Shown: positions 19,012 through 32,202, counted from the first letter of the stretch. The stretch: DNA of 64,000 nucleotides from Octopus vulgaris (GCA_951406725.2 OX597829.1:13764001-13828000), one strand, 5' to 3'. Numbers and translations: made by a program. Notes: generated by a model from the letters alone, not told the origin.

Positions 19012-19477
19012 TAGGTATATGTGGGTATATATTTGTGTATATATATATATATGTATATGTTGGTATATATTTGTATATATTGGCACAAACAGCTATACGC
19101 GAATACACATACGCTAATATGCACACACACATACACACGCTCACACAAACACACACCCACACACTCACATACACACGAGTTTCTTCGACCAGATTCCAAC
19201 ATACATTTGAAGAGAACATACATTGCCTCGTGTATCTCTTTCACAGGTGAAATATTCCGCCATAAGAAACGGTATAAGCACAAAACAAACATAACAAGCT
19301 TACGTTCACTTGTTTGCTGTAATTTATGATAGCTTTAAAGTGAGTTCACGTCTGCTTTAAAACTTTCTGCCATCTCACTGGAACATTTGACATGTTTGAA
19401 ATGAAAGAGACAAGATTAGACTGTCTGTGTGTATGTTGGTTTGTTTAGCACGCTGTTGTCTTCGTGTGCGAACATCG

Positions 19478-19508
<31 letters not shown>

Positions 19509-20106
19509 TGTATGTATGTATGTATGTATGTATGTATGCATGCATGCATGCATGCATGCATGTATGTATGTATGTATGTGTGTATGTATGTATGTGTGTA
19601 TGTATGTATGTATGTGTGTATGTATGTATGTATGCATGCATGTATGTATGTATGTATGGATGGATGCATGTATGTATTTATGTATGTATTTATGTATGTA
19701 TGTATGTATGTATGTATGTATGTGTGTATGTATGTATGTATGCATGCATGTATGTATGTATGTATGGATGGATGCATGTATGTATTTATGTATGTATTTA
19801 TGTATGTATGTATGTATGTATGTATGTATATATAAATATACTCACACAGACGCACACACATGTCAGTTTATGTCTGTGTATATTGAACTGTAAGTTACAG
19901 AGTGTTTATATCTCCCTCTCTCACTATATTTAAGCATACTTATAGATGAACTTATATAGATAGATAGGTATAATACTACATTTACATGCATATACATATA
20001 TATATGCACATATGTATATGCATCATTCCTTCATTCTGTCTGTCTGTCTGTCTCCCTCTCTGTCTCTCTCTCTATATATATACGTTTGCATAGAAAGAGT
20101 TTATGC

Positions 20107-20154
<48 letters not shown>

Positions 20155-20252
20155 AGTTAATCCAAACAAGAAAACAAAAACAAAAAAACAACGCTAGGAC
20201 GTGGAACAAATAAAGTATTATTGGACGCTCAGAAAAGAAGGGAAGAAGGAGG

Positions 20253-20287
20253 GTTTGACGTTTCGAGCATAGCTCTTCGTCGGAAAC
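20253..20287 (-). ncRNA. Minimal type-I hammerhead-like motif, variant core CCGACGA
   Basis: RNA: GUUU CCGACGA A GAGC UAU GCUC GAAAC GUC^ AAAC; lies in a pLTR-like repeat ~20153-20345 next to (TA)n. Confidence 0.7.
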
Positions 20288-20459
20288 ATAGGAGAAGGAA
20301 AGATCCAGAGAAGGGAAGACAGGGGAAAAAATCGCTAGTGATACAGACGAGATCACCTACTAAAAGACGGGAGTGGTAAAAAGTAGAAGAAAAATGTTTT
20401 TAAAAGACAGGAGAGCTATATCAAAGAAAGTATGGTAAAGAAGGTGTGCGATGATGACA

Positions 20460-21913
20460 AGTGTGTGTGTGTCTGTGTGTGTGTGTGTGCGTGTGTGTGT
20501 GTGTATGGCGAACAACTGGGTAGCAGGCTAGTAGTAAGAATTAAGGAGTGGTGTCGTGGGTCCAATCGCAGGTCAAAAACAAGGAGGTATGTGTGTGTGC
20601 GTGTATGTATATGTATCGTGTGTGTGTTTTGTTTGTAGTATGTGTGTGTACGCGTGTGTTTTTCTGTGTGTATGCGTGGAGTTTGGGTGTGTGGCGAGTA
20701 ACTGTGCGTAACTTAGTGTATGTGTGCGTGTGAGCTTGTACGTGCGTGTGTGTGTATATATATGTATGTATAATTGTGTGCGTGTATGTATGTGTGTGCG
20801 TGTATGTATGGTTGTGTGCCGTGTGTATGGGATGTATGTTTGGGTTCATTTGTGTGTGTGTGTGTATGTATGTGCGTGTAGTAGTCTGTGCGTGTATGTG
20901 TGCGTTTGTATGTGTGTGTAAGCGTATATGGATGTATACGCGTGTATCCGTGGGGTTGTGAGTTTTTTCGCGCGTGTGCGTGCGTGCGTATGTGTGCGCA
21001 TGTTTTGGTGTGCGTATGTATGTGTGTGTCTGTGCTTATATGTGTGTACGTATGTGTATGTGTGCGTGCGCGGGTAGGTATATATTGTGTGTATGTATAT
21101 GTGTCGGTGTGTAAGTGAATTAGTGTGTGTTTGAACGTGAGTATGTGTGTGTGCGTGTATTGTATATATATGTAAATGTGTGTATATGCGTGTGTGTGTG
21201 TACGTACGTGGGAGTGAATGTATGTATATATGTGCGTGTGTGTACAAATGTAGGGGTTTATATGTGTGTATATGTATGCAAGCACGCAACCCACAATTGA
21301 AAGACCGATGGAAAAAAATTCCCCCGGTGCGGGTGCATGCGAATCTACAGGCACATGCACACACGCACTGACGCAGGCTCGAAACACAGCCAACCCCACA
21401 TGCATGCACGCATGCATGTATGTATGTATGTGTGTTCGCGTGCGTGCATGTATGTGTGTGTGTGTATGTATGTATGTGTGTATATGTATGTATGTATGTG
21501 TGAGTGTGTATGTGTGTATGTCTGTCTGTATGTATGTATGTGTGTATGTGTGTAAGTGTGTGTCTGTGTATGTATGTATGTATGTAGGTGTGTGTGTGTA
21601 TGTATGTATGTATGTGTGCATGCGTGTATGTGTGTGTGTATGTATGTATGTATGTGTGCATGCGTGTATGTGTGTATGTGTGTGTGCATGTATGTATGTA
21701 TGTGTGTATTTATGTGTGTGTATGTGTGTATGTATATGTGTATGTGCGTATGTGTGTGTATGTATGTATGTGTGTGTATGTATGTGTGTATGTATGTATG
21801 TGTGTGTATGCATGCATTGTGTATGTATGTGTGTATGTATGTATGTGTGTGTATGTATGAATGAATGTCTGAATGTATGTATGTATGTGTGTGTACGTAT
21901 GTAAGTATATATA

Positions 21914-21960
<47 letters not shown>

Positions 21961-22030
21961 TTTTGTGTGTAAGTATGTATGTATGTATGTATGTATGTAT
22001 ACATGCATATACATACTAAAATACATACAT
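20460..22030 (+). repeat. Degenerate (GT)/(GTAT)-rich low-complexity tract
   Basis: Directly visible. Confidence 0.9.
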
Positions 22031-22075
22031 AGTTAGACAGACAGATGGACGGGTAAACCGACAGACAGGCAAATA

Positions 22076-22672
22076 GATAAGTTTCTTTATTGGCCACACA
22101 GGGCTGCACACAGATGGGACAATTTACAAGGTAGAGCTTTTCTTTTGGGGGAGAAAAAAAAAGGTGGCGTAGGTTTTCGATTAAAAGGGATCGTAAAAGG
22201 GAAAAAAGAACAAAAAAAAAAGAAAAAACGAAAAAAAAAGATAAAGGAAAAAGAAGAAAAAAGGGAAGAAAAGAAAAGAAAAATTAAAAAATAGGAAAAA
22301 AGGGGGAGAGGGGAAAAACGATCAATAGGGATCGTGTATCACAGTGTCATGATGTATGGAGGTAAAGGGGAAAGCAAGTAAGGGATCTCTGGAAGTTGTC
22401 CATGGGCCCTGGCCCGGAAGTCGTCCCGAACAGGCGGGTCAGGTAATCCTCGTCGACGTCCAGGTTCGCCCCGAGCTCGTCGTTGTACCTCCCCTCCACT
22501 AATCCCCTATAGAATACTTTGGATGTGATGGAGTCATTCAAGGTTGAGCCCAGGACGGCAGAGTTGCTTGAGAGCAACGCGACACTCGCGGTGCCATTCG
22601 CTCTTCCTCGGTCTCTTTTTGATCCACGATTGAAGTTCGGTCGTGAGATGAGCTGCGGGAAAGCGTGCCTCA
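22076..22672 (-). mobile_element. Tx1/L1-type element copy 1: short, 5'-truncated, internally deleted
   Basis: 3' UTR homologous to 22746-23056; ORF2 C-terminal fragment; 5' end joins (GATA)n. Confidence 0.85.

Positions 22673-22745
<73 letters not shown>
22673..22745 (+). repeat. (GATA)n between two Tx1-type copies
   Basis: Directly visible. Confidence 0.97.
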
Positions 22746-22746
<1 letters not shown>

Positions 22747-25700
22747 CTTTATTGGCCACACAGGGCTGCACGCAGATGGGACATGTTGCAAAGTAGAGCT
22801 TTTCTTTTGGGGGATGAAAAAACAAAAATCAAAAGAAACAAAAAAAATGTGGCGTAGGTTTTCGATCAAAAGGAATCGTAAAAGGGAAAAAAGAACAAAA
22901 AAGAAAAAAAAGAAAAAAAGGAAAAGGAACAAAAGAAAAGAGAAATGAAGAAAGAAGTAAAAAAGGTGACAAAAAGGGGAAGAGGAAAAACAAACGATCA
23001 ATAGGGATCGTGTATCACAGTGTTATGATGTATGGTGTAAAGGGGAAAGCAAGTAAGGTTTATCCGTGGGAAGAAAATCCTACAAAAAAGACCACGGTGA
23101 ACTTGGTCAATATTGTTATACGTTACCACATTTGTTTGCAAGTGGGTAACCCGCTGTTTTCAATTTCTGGGTTCATAGGATCATGCTCAAGGTGGCTTCG
23201 TCATTCATACGTGCCATTCTTGCTACATTCACCCATCTTTTTTTAAAACATTCGCTAGACGAAACTTGCCTCTCTACTCTCACTTTCCTTTTCAAGTGGT
23301 ACTTGAAGAAGTTGATGAGAGATTGACCAGACAGGAAAGTGTTTCTCTCCAATCCTTTCAGACGCGTCCACCAGATACATTCTTTCGCCAAAGCCACAAG
23401 GATGATGAAAATAGCTCTTCCTTCCCGTTTGAAGGAAGGAGGCGTGACAATATTGACGATAGACTCGGCTGATAAACCTACTCGTCCCTCACGTGACAGC
23501 AGTCGTTCGACATAAGCCCACAGGTTCCGACCTGTGGGCTTATGTCGATTGTTGGACACAGCACGAGTTCGTGCAGAACGGTTTCGTCGCTCTGACCGCA
23601 TCTCGGGTAGGTCGGCCCTGCGTTTCTCGAGCCTTGTCTGTAGAGCTTATCCGAACGGGTAGCGCTTCTCGGTAGCGCTGCTAGGCCAGGGATCTCAGCA
23701 AGTTCTCCATGGGCCCTGGCCCGGAAGTCGTCCCGAACAGGCGGGTCAGATACTCCTCGTCAACGTCCAGGTTCGCTCCGAGCTCGTCGTCGTACCTCCT
23801 CCACTAATCCCCTATAGAATGTTTTGGTTGTGATGAAGTCACTCAACGTCGATCCAGGACGGCATAGTTGCTTGAGAGCAACGAGACAATGGCGGTGCCA
23901 TCCGCCCTTCCACGGCTCCTCTTTGATCCACGACTGCAGTTCGGTCATGGAGACGAGCTGCGGGAAAGCGTGCCTCACAAACGGTGACCACACCTGTTCA
24001 CTGTCGTCTACATAGAGCCTGAGATGTCGCAGTTTCAGCGCGTGTCTACGCATCATCAACCACGGCATGCCCAGTCCTCCTTTTAACGGGTGTTGACTGC
24101 AAATGGATCGCCTGACCATCGGGACGCATCCTTTCCACAAGAAGCGAAAGAGAATGCGTTCTAGTTTGGTGATGGTAAGGTCGGGACAAGGCACGACGGT
24201 CAGGCGGTAGTAGATGATGAACGCGATGTACGTGTTCGCCACCTCCGCCCGACCTTTTAGGGACAGTTTCCTCTCGGCCCATTGCCGGGTGAGAGTGACC
24301 ACCCTACTCGTTATCTCGTTCCAGTTCTTCTCCACTTGGAGGTCCAGACGGAACCAGACCCCGAGCAACTCGACCGGACCGTTGGTCCAGCGTCCCACGA
24401 CGGTGGATCTGGTGGATGGCATGGGCTTGCTTTGCCCGACCGTTCAGTAGTTAACTACCAGGTGCCTAGTCGCAAGCCCACTGACTTTTCCCGGTTGATT
24501 TTTGATCCTGTCACCGCTTCGTACTGCTTCAGTGTCTCGCCGACCTATTCGATGTGCTCGTGGCCAGACACTATGACGGTGACGTCGTCCGCGTATGCAG
24601 AAACGCTCGTCCCGCATCCCAGTTCTCGCGGGATGCTCCTCAAATTTGCCAGCTTCCGCAATAATGGCTCGAGAGTCAATACGTATAGAAGCGACGAGAG
24701 GGGGAATCCCTGACGGAACGAACGTGTGATGTCGAAAGGTCTCGATAGATGTCCATTTACGCGAATTACCGAACGGATGCCTCTGTACAAAGCGGCTATC
24801 CAGCCGTGGAAGACGGGACCGAAGCCAGCCGCTCTGAGGACTGCCTCCAAGTATCGATGGTCTACCCTATCGAAAGCTTTCGATTGATCCAATTGAACAG
24901 CGCCCCACTCATACCAGGTTCGTTAACTACCCTGTCTATGATGTAGCGCATCAGCTGGAGGTTTCATGGATGGTCCGGCCCGGCACGGCGCACGTTTGCG
25001 CCTTGTCGACCAGTTTCTCGATGACAAGCGCCAACCTCTTGGCTAGTACCTTGGCCAAAATTTTCAAGTCTGCATTAAGCAGAGTGATGGGCCTAAAGTT
25101 ATCTATTACGTTTCCCTTGTTTAGATCTTTCTTCAGCAGTGTTACGGCTCCTCGGCTATCAAAACCAGGAATGCTCCCGTTTTGCTGCCAGTTGCAGTAT
25201 ACCGCTGCCAAGATGTCTCCAAACAAGTCTGGCATACAATTGTAAAGCTCGTAGGGTAGACCATCCAAACCCGGTGATTTGTCCTCGAGCATTCTGCCAT
25301 CGCGTCCTGCACATCCGCCGTCGTGATGGCACCTTCGCAGCACCCTGCCTCTCTTGTCGAGAGTCGTGTTACGCTGTGTAGGTAGGCACTGAAGTCCAGC
25401 CTACGTTCTTGCCCGCCACTCGTCCCGAACGGTCGGGCAAAATGCTGTTGAAAGGCCTCACGCATTTTACTTGACTCAAGAAATTCGCGCCCCTGTTCAT
25501 CTACCAGAGACCGAATGGTGGCTTTGTTGCCCTGTTGCCCTGTTGCGCCTCTGCCACCCGGCCTCTCTCGCGGCTCCAACACCTTCGTTCCTTAGAGCAC
25601 GCATCCTAGCTCTGACAGCACACCCTTCGTGTTTGGCGTTGAAGTGTTGGTCGAGGTCCAACCTCGCCGCCAAAACGTCGGATGCGATGCCGCTTCTAAT

Positions 25701-27887
25701 TGCCTCTTCTAGCTTCTTAACTAGCTCACCCTCTACTCTATTTCTATCTATGGCTAGTGCTTTGCTGTACCTAATCGCTTCTGCTTTTACTGCTCGCTTG
25801 AGGGCAAACCACCATTTGTTGTTGATGATGGCTCCCGTCAAAGCCCTCTTTACTAGTGCTAATCCGGTCTCTGAAAACCTGTCTCGATGGGAAAGACGCG
25901 TTTAGTTTTCAGTATCCGGGACCCTGCCTAAGTCTCTTACCTAAGTCTAGCGTACATGTCACAAGTTTGTGATCCGTGTAGCTGACTATGTGGAATTGTG
26001 GACATCCTATGCTATCTCTATCTACTGTTCTACACAGTATCCTATCTAGATACGATCTCGACGACCCGATGCGGTTGCTCCATGTCACGTTGGCGCATAT
26101 GGGTAGACTAGTCAGACAGTTGAAAGCGTCTGAGCAGGTCTCTGAGGCATTTGCACCCCGTCTATTCCTATCTCTACACACGTAGTCTACATGCGTGTCC
26201 AAGGTAGCATTCCAATCCCCCACTAAGAGTAAAGGACGAGACGTTCCCAAGAATACTTCTAGACGTTGAAAGAAATCCGCCCGACCTGTTAAGGGCAGTG
26301 CGTAGACTGATACGAGTCGAATAGCGCACCTATTGCTGACGTCGACATCCAGGACGACCAGTCTACCCTCCGGGTCTACGAATATTGTCTTTACTTTGAG
26401 ATCCAGACTCTTGCGAAAAAGTACCGCGGTGCCACTACCGTCCATTCTTGGCAGACAGGGGGAAAATAAATGTTGAACTGTCCGCCAAACATGGTCTTTA
26501 AGGCCCGCGGATTGTGGAGTCTGGTCTCACTTATGGCTATGATTTCTAACTTATGTGACTTTTTGTCATTTAAGAGGTACCCTTGTTTCCAAGGGGACCC
26601 CAAGCCACGCGCATTTACACAACCAATCTTGCTCATAATCCTAATGAATTAGAATACAAGTGAAAGGAACAGAGGGTTACTTACTGCTCGAAAGTTTTTG
26701 CTTTCTCCTCCTTTGGTTTGTCCTCGAGGAGATCCCAGTAGGGTTTCTTTGTGAGATATTTTTGGCATTTACCAACCGCACTGGGGAAAATGCCTTTTAC
26801 TGTGTGGTGCAGACTTTTGGAGATGTGTAATATTTTGATGTGGTCTGGTGGTGTTGTGTATGGGTGATTGTTTATTTTTACGTCATCTTCTGTTATGTTT
26901 GTTTTTGATTTGATGTATTCCATCAAATTTGTGTTTTTGCTGTCTATAGCTGTGAGCATGTTTGCTGTATATATTTTTGTGGTGTTGGTGTGGCTGTTGT
27001 TTTTGTTGGGTTTTGAAATGTCTTCAGGAGATGTATTTCCCCCTGCTTTGTTTGTGTTTGCATTTGGTTTGGTTGTGTTTCTACTCTTTATTTTCCTTCT
27101 TTTGTAGCTATTTGCCATTCCTCTCTGGTTTTGTCTTCCGACGAAATTTCTGAGGAATCAGTAGGGGGTAGGGGTATGTTGTAGGCTTCTATGTATGTCT
27201 GTGTAAGTTGTTGTGCTGTTGTTTTCGTTGCTGTTGGTTGTTGAGTGTTTGTGTGTGGTGAGTGCGGTATGAGTGATGGGGAATCAGTTTTTGTGTATTT
27301 TCTTTGTTTTTCTGTTCCTTTGGTTCTTGCTGTTGTTGGTGGTGTTGGTATTTTCTCAGGTGTTGAGTAATTTTTGTTTGTTGACGGATTAGCTTGGTGT
27401 GCTTCTCTTGTCGTCTTCTGTGTTGATGGTGGTGTGGGTAGTAGAGGTTTTTTTCCGGAGTGTTTTGGTTGTGGTAGTGGTTGTTGTTGTTGCTCTTGGT
27501 GTGCAGTGGTTGGGCACGTCTTTTTCAAGTGTGTTTCGCTTCCACACAAATAGCAGCGTGGTCGCCTGCCGTCTACCACTACATAAAGTTTGTAGCCTCC
27601 TGGCAGTGTTCTATAGTGGTGGGTATCTTTTCTCTTGCTGTTTCATCCAATTGAAGAAGGAATTGGATTGATTTTCCCTCCCAGTCTTTCTGTCCTAGAA
27701 CAGTGATTTCAAGGATGTTTGTCTCTGACATTGTCTCTGCCATTTCAAAGCAGATGGCAGAGACTAACCATTGTGTTTCGACTTCAGGTGGTACATTTTT
27801 TATTTGGACTTTCGTCACTCTCTGGTTTAAGTAGGTTGGTATCATTACCAAGTCGTCTGAATGCAGTTCCAATGTGGAAAATCGTTT

Positions 27888-27888
<1 letters not shown>
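22746..27888 (-). mobile_element. Tx1/L1-clade non-LTR retrotransposon copy 2 (partial ORF1 + frameshifted ORF2)
   Basis: ORF1 CCHC knuckle CYLCGSETHLKKTC; ORF2 starts MSKIGCVNARGL (APE; GDWNA and YTDH motifs); RT motifs KSPGLDGLP, FRPITLLNAD, DQSKAFDRVDH, RQGFPLS, AYADD; (GATA)n on both sides. Confidence 0.93.

Positions 27889-27970
<82 letters not shown>
27889..27970 (+). repeat. (GATA)n
   Basis: Directly visible. Confidence 0.97.
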
Positions 27971-28264
27971 GCACGGAAAAGAATACTTCGGTAGCCCAAA
28001 TACATGTCTCTATATTTGATATCTAAATAGAAATGGCCTTTGTCCTGTCATGGAAACTTTCTTTGTTAGTGAGATATTAACAATAATCTGAATGTTCATA
28101 TATACACATACTTTTACATGTATATACATTCATATGCATAGAGATCATACATATACACATTCCTACATACATAAATCCACTCATAATACATCCACTTACA
28201 TGCATTGACTTACATATATACGTACATATCTATAGAAGTATGTATATATATATATACATACCTT

Positions 28265-28920
28265 ATTATGGCTGCCTCCTCGTTATCGAGTATGACCATT
28301 GCACGAAGCTTAACTGTTACTGGTGCTGTGATCGAATGTGACTTTTTAGCCCAGCTAAAGATCTACAATGTCTTGTACAAAATTGGCAACCAAAACCTTT
28401 ACTGGTAATAGCCGGCTGTAGTTGTAACTGGGCTTCATGTACCTTTGCATGTCGTTTAAGACCTCCTACCGAATTACACTCTCTTCCACATGCCCGACAG
28501 ATATGATTAGTATGGTGTGTTACACCACTACCAGTGGCCAGGTTGTCACTCATCCGTCTCGTTTTATGACAACGAAGATGACTCTTGAGTCCAGCTTTAC
28601 TGAGGCAGGGTCTTGCACAGATATTGCATGTCAGCATCAAAGGAAGACCCTTCTCTTCAGGAAGTGTAACAGCGATGCCCTTCCTCACATCCCTCCTTAC
28701 TTTCTCATGTGCAACTCGAGATTTCTCAAACGTGGCTGTCCCCTCATGCACAATCCTTCTCCACCTGCTACGTTCAATAGCTATGCCCACACATGTGTCA
28801 GGAGAGATGCAAGCATATCTTAAGGAAGCCTTCAGCAAGTCCTTATACCTCTTTTTTGGTTATGTGGAGGTCGTTGTCCTTTAGCTAACTCTCCATAAAA
28901 GAGTTGTTTTGGCATCCTTG
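28265..28920 (-). mobile_element. RTE-clade LINE 3' fragment with three C-terminal C2H2 fingers
   Basis: PKQLFYGEL...PKKRYKDLLKASL...AIERSRWRRIVHEG RTE-type C-terminus; fingers CNIC..H..H, CRAC..H..H, CQFC..H...H; short 3' UTR stem-loop ctcg-ataa-cgag. Confidence 0.85.
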
Positions 28921-29008
28921 AATGTATATGATTATATACATACATGCGTATGTATGTATACGGACTTACATACATATTTACTTACACACTCACACACACG
29001 CACACACG

Positions 29009-29110
<102 letters not shown>

Positions 29111-29129
29111 AATACTTATAAGCACACAT

Positions 29130-29510
29130 TCATAAATAGACAGAACAAAGTTGGCAATATCAAGACCAATGGTGGAACTTAAAAATTAATTCAGTCACCA
29201 AATTCAAAAAATAACGCCCAGATATCGTTGACTGAGACTACAAACGAAACATCTGTTCTATTATGAAAATCAGCAGTCCTTTTTCAATATGGTTAGAAAA
29301 ATACAGGAGGACATCTGTGGACCATTGATAAGAATGTAACAAATCCAGTACCCAAGATACATTTTCAGCTTCATACCTATTATTTTGGGAGCAACAGGAC
29401 ACATACTAACCCGTCTGGAGCAAAGTATGGCCGAGTTTGAGTTCTTGAAGGGGAACACAAATGTTTAATCCATAAACTACAAATAATCTCGATATCCGGA
29501 ACTGATGATG
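29130..29510 (+). mobile_element. Highly degenerate RLE-endonuclease fragment of a non-LTR element
   Basis: Broken frames give WWN, RPDIV, YPRYIFSFIPIILGATG and LIHKLQ. Confidence 0.55.
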
Positions 29511-29714
29511 AACAAAACACGATGTTTTCCTTCACAGCCTTGTCACCAAGCGGGTGGCCAGCCCAAATTAAGTCTACGAAGAGAAAAAGAAAGCATACAT
29601 GTGCAAATAAATACATACATGCTTATATACATACATACATATATACATACATACATACATATATACATACATACATATACATATATATACACACATATAC
29701 ACATATATATATAC

Positions 29715-29806
<92 letters not shown>

Positions 29807-29979
29807 AAGCCTTATGAGTGGATTTGGTAGACGGAAAATGAAAAAGGCCAGCGTATACATGTGTGTGCGTGTGTATGCGTGTGTGTGTGTGTTGTGTGTG
29901 TGCGTGCGTGTTTGTCTTCACCCAGCGCTTGACAACCGGTTCTGGTGTGTTTACGTCAAAAGAGACCGATAGAATAAGC
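29807..29979 (+). mobile_element. SINE fragment cut off at the Penelope-like element
   Basis: gagtggatttggtagacggaaa...gagaccgatagaataag; the tail is missing. Confidence 0.7.
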
Positions 29980-31414
29980 ATGTATGTATGTATGTATGTA
30001 TGTATGTATGTATGTATGTATGTATGTATGTATAACAACAATACTAGTAATAATAATAATAAATCGAATGGAAAAAAATATATATAGTTATATAGTTATA
30101 TATAAAACATATATAGTTATTTATTTCTATTTGTTTATTTATCTGTGTATTTATTATGTTTTCGGGATCCTCTAAAGAACGCCTAACACAGAACTCCATA
30201 CTCGTAAACATGTACTCGCTATGTTGATGATATCAACATAGTGGTAAAGGCACCCCCACAAGAGAGTAATGTTGATATAGTAATAGAAACTAATACTATG
30301 GAGAGCATCCAGCAAATAGCTAACTCCATCCACCAGAGTATTAAGGTCACAATAGACTACCCCACTAAACACCCCAACCATAGACTACCAGTACTAGACA
30401 CTGAACTCTGGCTAGAAATTGTGAATAATAAAACCCAAATCCTTCATTCATACTATGCCAAACCTATGGCCTCAAAATACTTGATCCACCGGAACTCAGT
30501 CATTGCGGACAATGCCAAATTCAACATTTTAATGGCAGACCTCGTCAGAATAATGAGAAATGTGTCACGCATGTGATGGCCCACAGAGTTAAAGAGACAC
30601 ATACAATATTTCATTCACCGCATGCAATTCTCAGGTTACAGCCATAAGGAAATGATCAGAGTATACAAAGGAGCAATGAAGAAATTTGATAATATATTAT
30701 GTAATGATAAGAATGGGATTTGCCCACTCTATAGGAACAAGTCATGGAACACTATAGAAAGGACAAAAAAGAAAATAGCGAAGGCCAACTCTTGGTATGA
30801 TAGCCATAAATACCAGAGTGTCATGTTCGTTGAAACCACCCCTGGAGGTTAAATGGCGTACCGCTTTAGAAGGACCCTAGAAACCTTAAGCTAAGAATTA
30901 AGGTTGTTGAAAAGCCAGGCAACCCTATCAAATCTATAATTGGTAGAACCTATCCTTTTAGTAGAACCCACCTGTACGGATAAGTACTGTACTGTATGTA
31001 GATTTAGCCCACAAACAAACTGTAAAGCCAGAAATGTAGTCTATAGTATAAGATGTATAGAGGGACGATGCAGTAACAAGACAACGACATACGTAGGGGA
31101 AACGGCAAGAAGCATAGGAGAGCGGGTAAATGTACATTGGAGACAACTCAAGGAAGGTAAAAGCTCATCGATTCTGTACCAACACGCCGAACAGGAACAC
31201 GGGGGATCAATCAACAATATAGAAATTAAAATATTGTCCACACATAGAACAGATGCAACAATCACACAAATTACAGAAGCTACACAAATAATAGAAAATA
31301 AACCTAGCCTGAATAGAAAACTAGAATGGAGCACTAGCACACACCACAACATATGACGATAGAGGATTCCGAAAACATGATAAATACACAGATAAATAAA
31401 CAAATAGAAATAAA

Positions 31415-31460
<46 letters not shown>

Positions 31461-31513
31461 TATTTTCGATTCGATTTATTATTATTATTACTAGTATTGT
31501 TGTTATACATACA

Positions 31514-31542
<29 letters not shown>
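29980..31542 (+). mobile_element. 5'-truncated Penelope-like element (Neptune/Naiad-like) with an inverted copy of its 3' end at the left
   Basis: RT C-terminus IKVTIDYP..RLPVLD..YAKPMAS..MQFSGY; Cys linker CTDKYCTVC; GIY-YIG NVVYSIRC..YVGETARSIGERVNVH..ILYQH..H..EATQI..KPSLN; 29980-30174 is the reverse complement of 31360-31542. Confidence 0.9.
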
Positions 31543-31544
<2 letters not shown>

Positions 31545-31793
31545 GTAATGATAATAATAAGTGGATGTAAACACATGAACAAAATAAGAATAAACAAAAA
31601 CAACAAAAGCAAAATACAATTTACATGAACATATATAAACAGAAGATACAAATAATACACAGCATCCCCCCTCATACACACACTAAATAAACATAGACGC
31701 ACATAGAGATATAAGCATGCGCAAATGAAGACATACAATAGAAATACAAAATGGCTAACGGAGAGACAGACGAATAAGAAAGAAGAAAACAAA

Positions 31794-31838
31794 GGACCAC
31801 TGATGCGGTCACAGGAGTGTGACGAAAGAACTCTGGCC
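31794..31838 (+). ncRNA. Minimal hammerhead-like motif, probably mutated (A9 to C)
   Basis: GGACCA CUGAUGCG GUCAC AGGAGU GUGAC GAAAG AA CUC^ UGGCC; perfect 5-bp helix II. Confidence 0.5.
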
Positions 31839-31965
31839 GAAATAAAATTAAGATTAATGTAAAAAATAAATAACGCTGAAGCAAAATAACACCAAATATA
31901 TAGTGCGTGTGTTTTTATTGGTTGAACTGGCAATATGACCATTCCGAAATATAACAATATATATA

Positions 31966-32202
31966 TATAAAATAATATGTTACATTTACTCAATTGTCAA
32001 GATAAAACTCTGAGTTTCAGATGCCGAAGTGGAAATCCACAACACCATCTCTTCGGTTTTCTGGCCATCTGAAAAACGCTATCAGATAGCGTTTTTCAGA
32101 TGGCCAGATAACCGAAGAGATGGTGTTGTGGAGTTCCACTTCGGCATCTGAAACTCAGAGTTTTATCTTGACAATTGAGTAAATGTAACATATTATTTTA
32201 TA
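31966..32202. mobile_element. Head-to-head pLTR-like foldback (118-bp arms, centre 32084), hammerhead-like motif in each arm
   Basis: Arms differ at about two positions; + arm 32106-32168 reads AGAUAA CCGAAGA GAUG..CAUC U GAAAC UCAGA GUU^ UUAUCU. Confidence 0.8.

Noticed and set aside
21265-21410. Complex island in the GT tract with ctgacgcaggctcgaaac and B-box-like words
   Set aside because: Neither a hammerhead nor a tRNA fold can be completed
28268-28310. GCCTCCTCG resembling the HDV ribozyme L3 motif
   Set aside because: No P3 or P1 partner strands; it is the antisense of the RTE 3' stem-loop
28317-28838. Host C2H2 zinc-finger gene
   Set aside because: The fingers are fused to an RTE C-terminus and followed by an RTE 3' UTR
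31351-31385. ATGAC...AAAA...TGAT as a SECIS or hammerhead after the GIY-YIG stop
   Set aside because: No complementary strand for a SECIS helix II; the hammerhead core and helix III are incomplete
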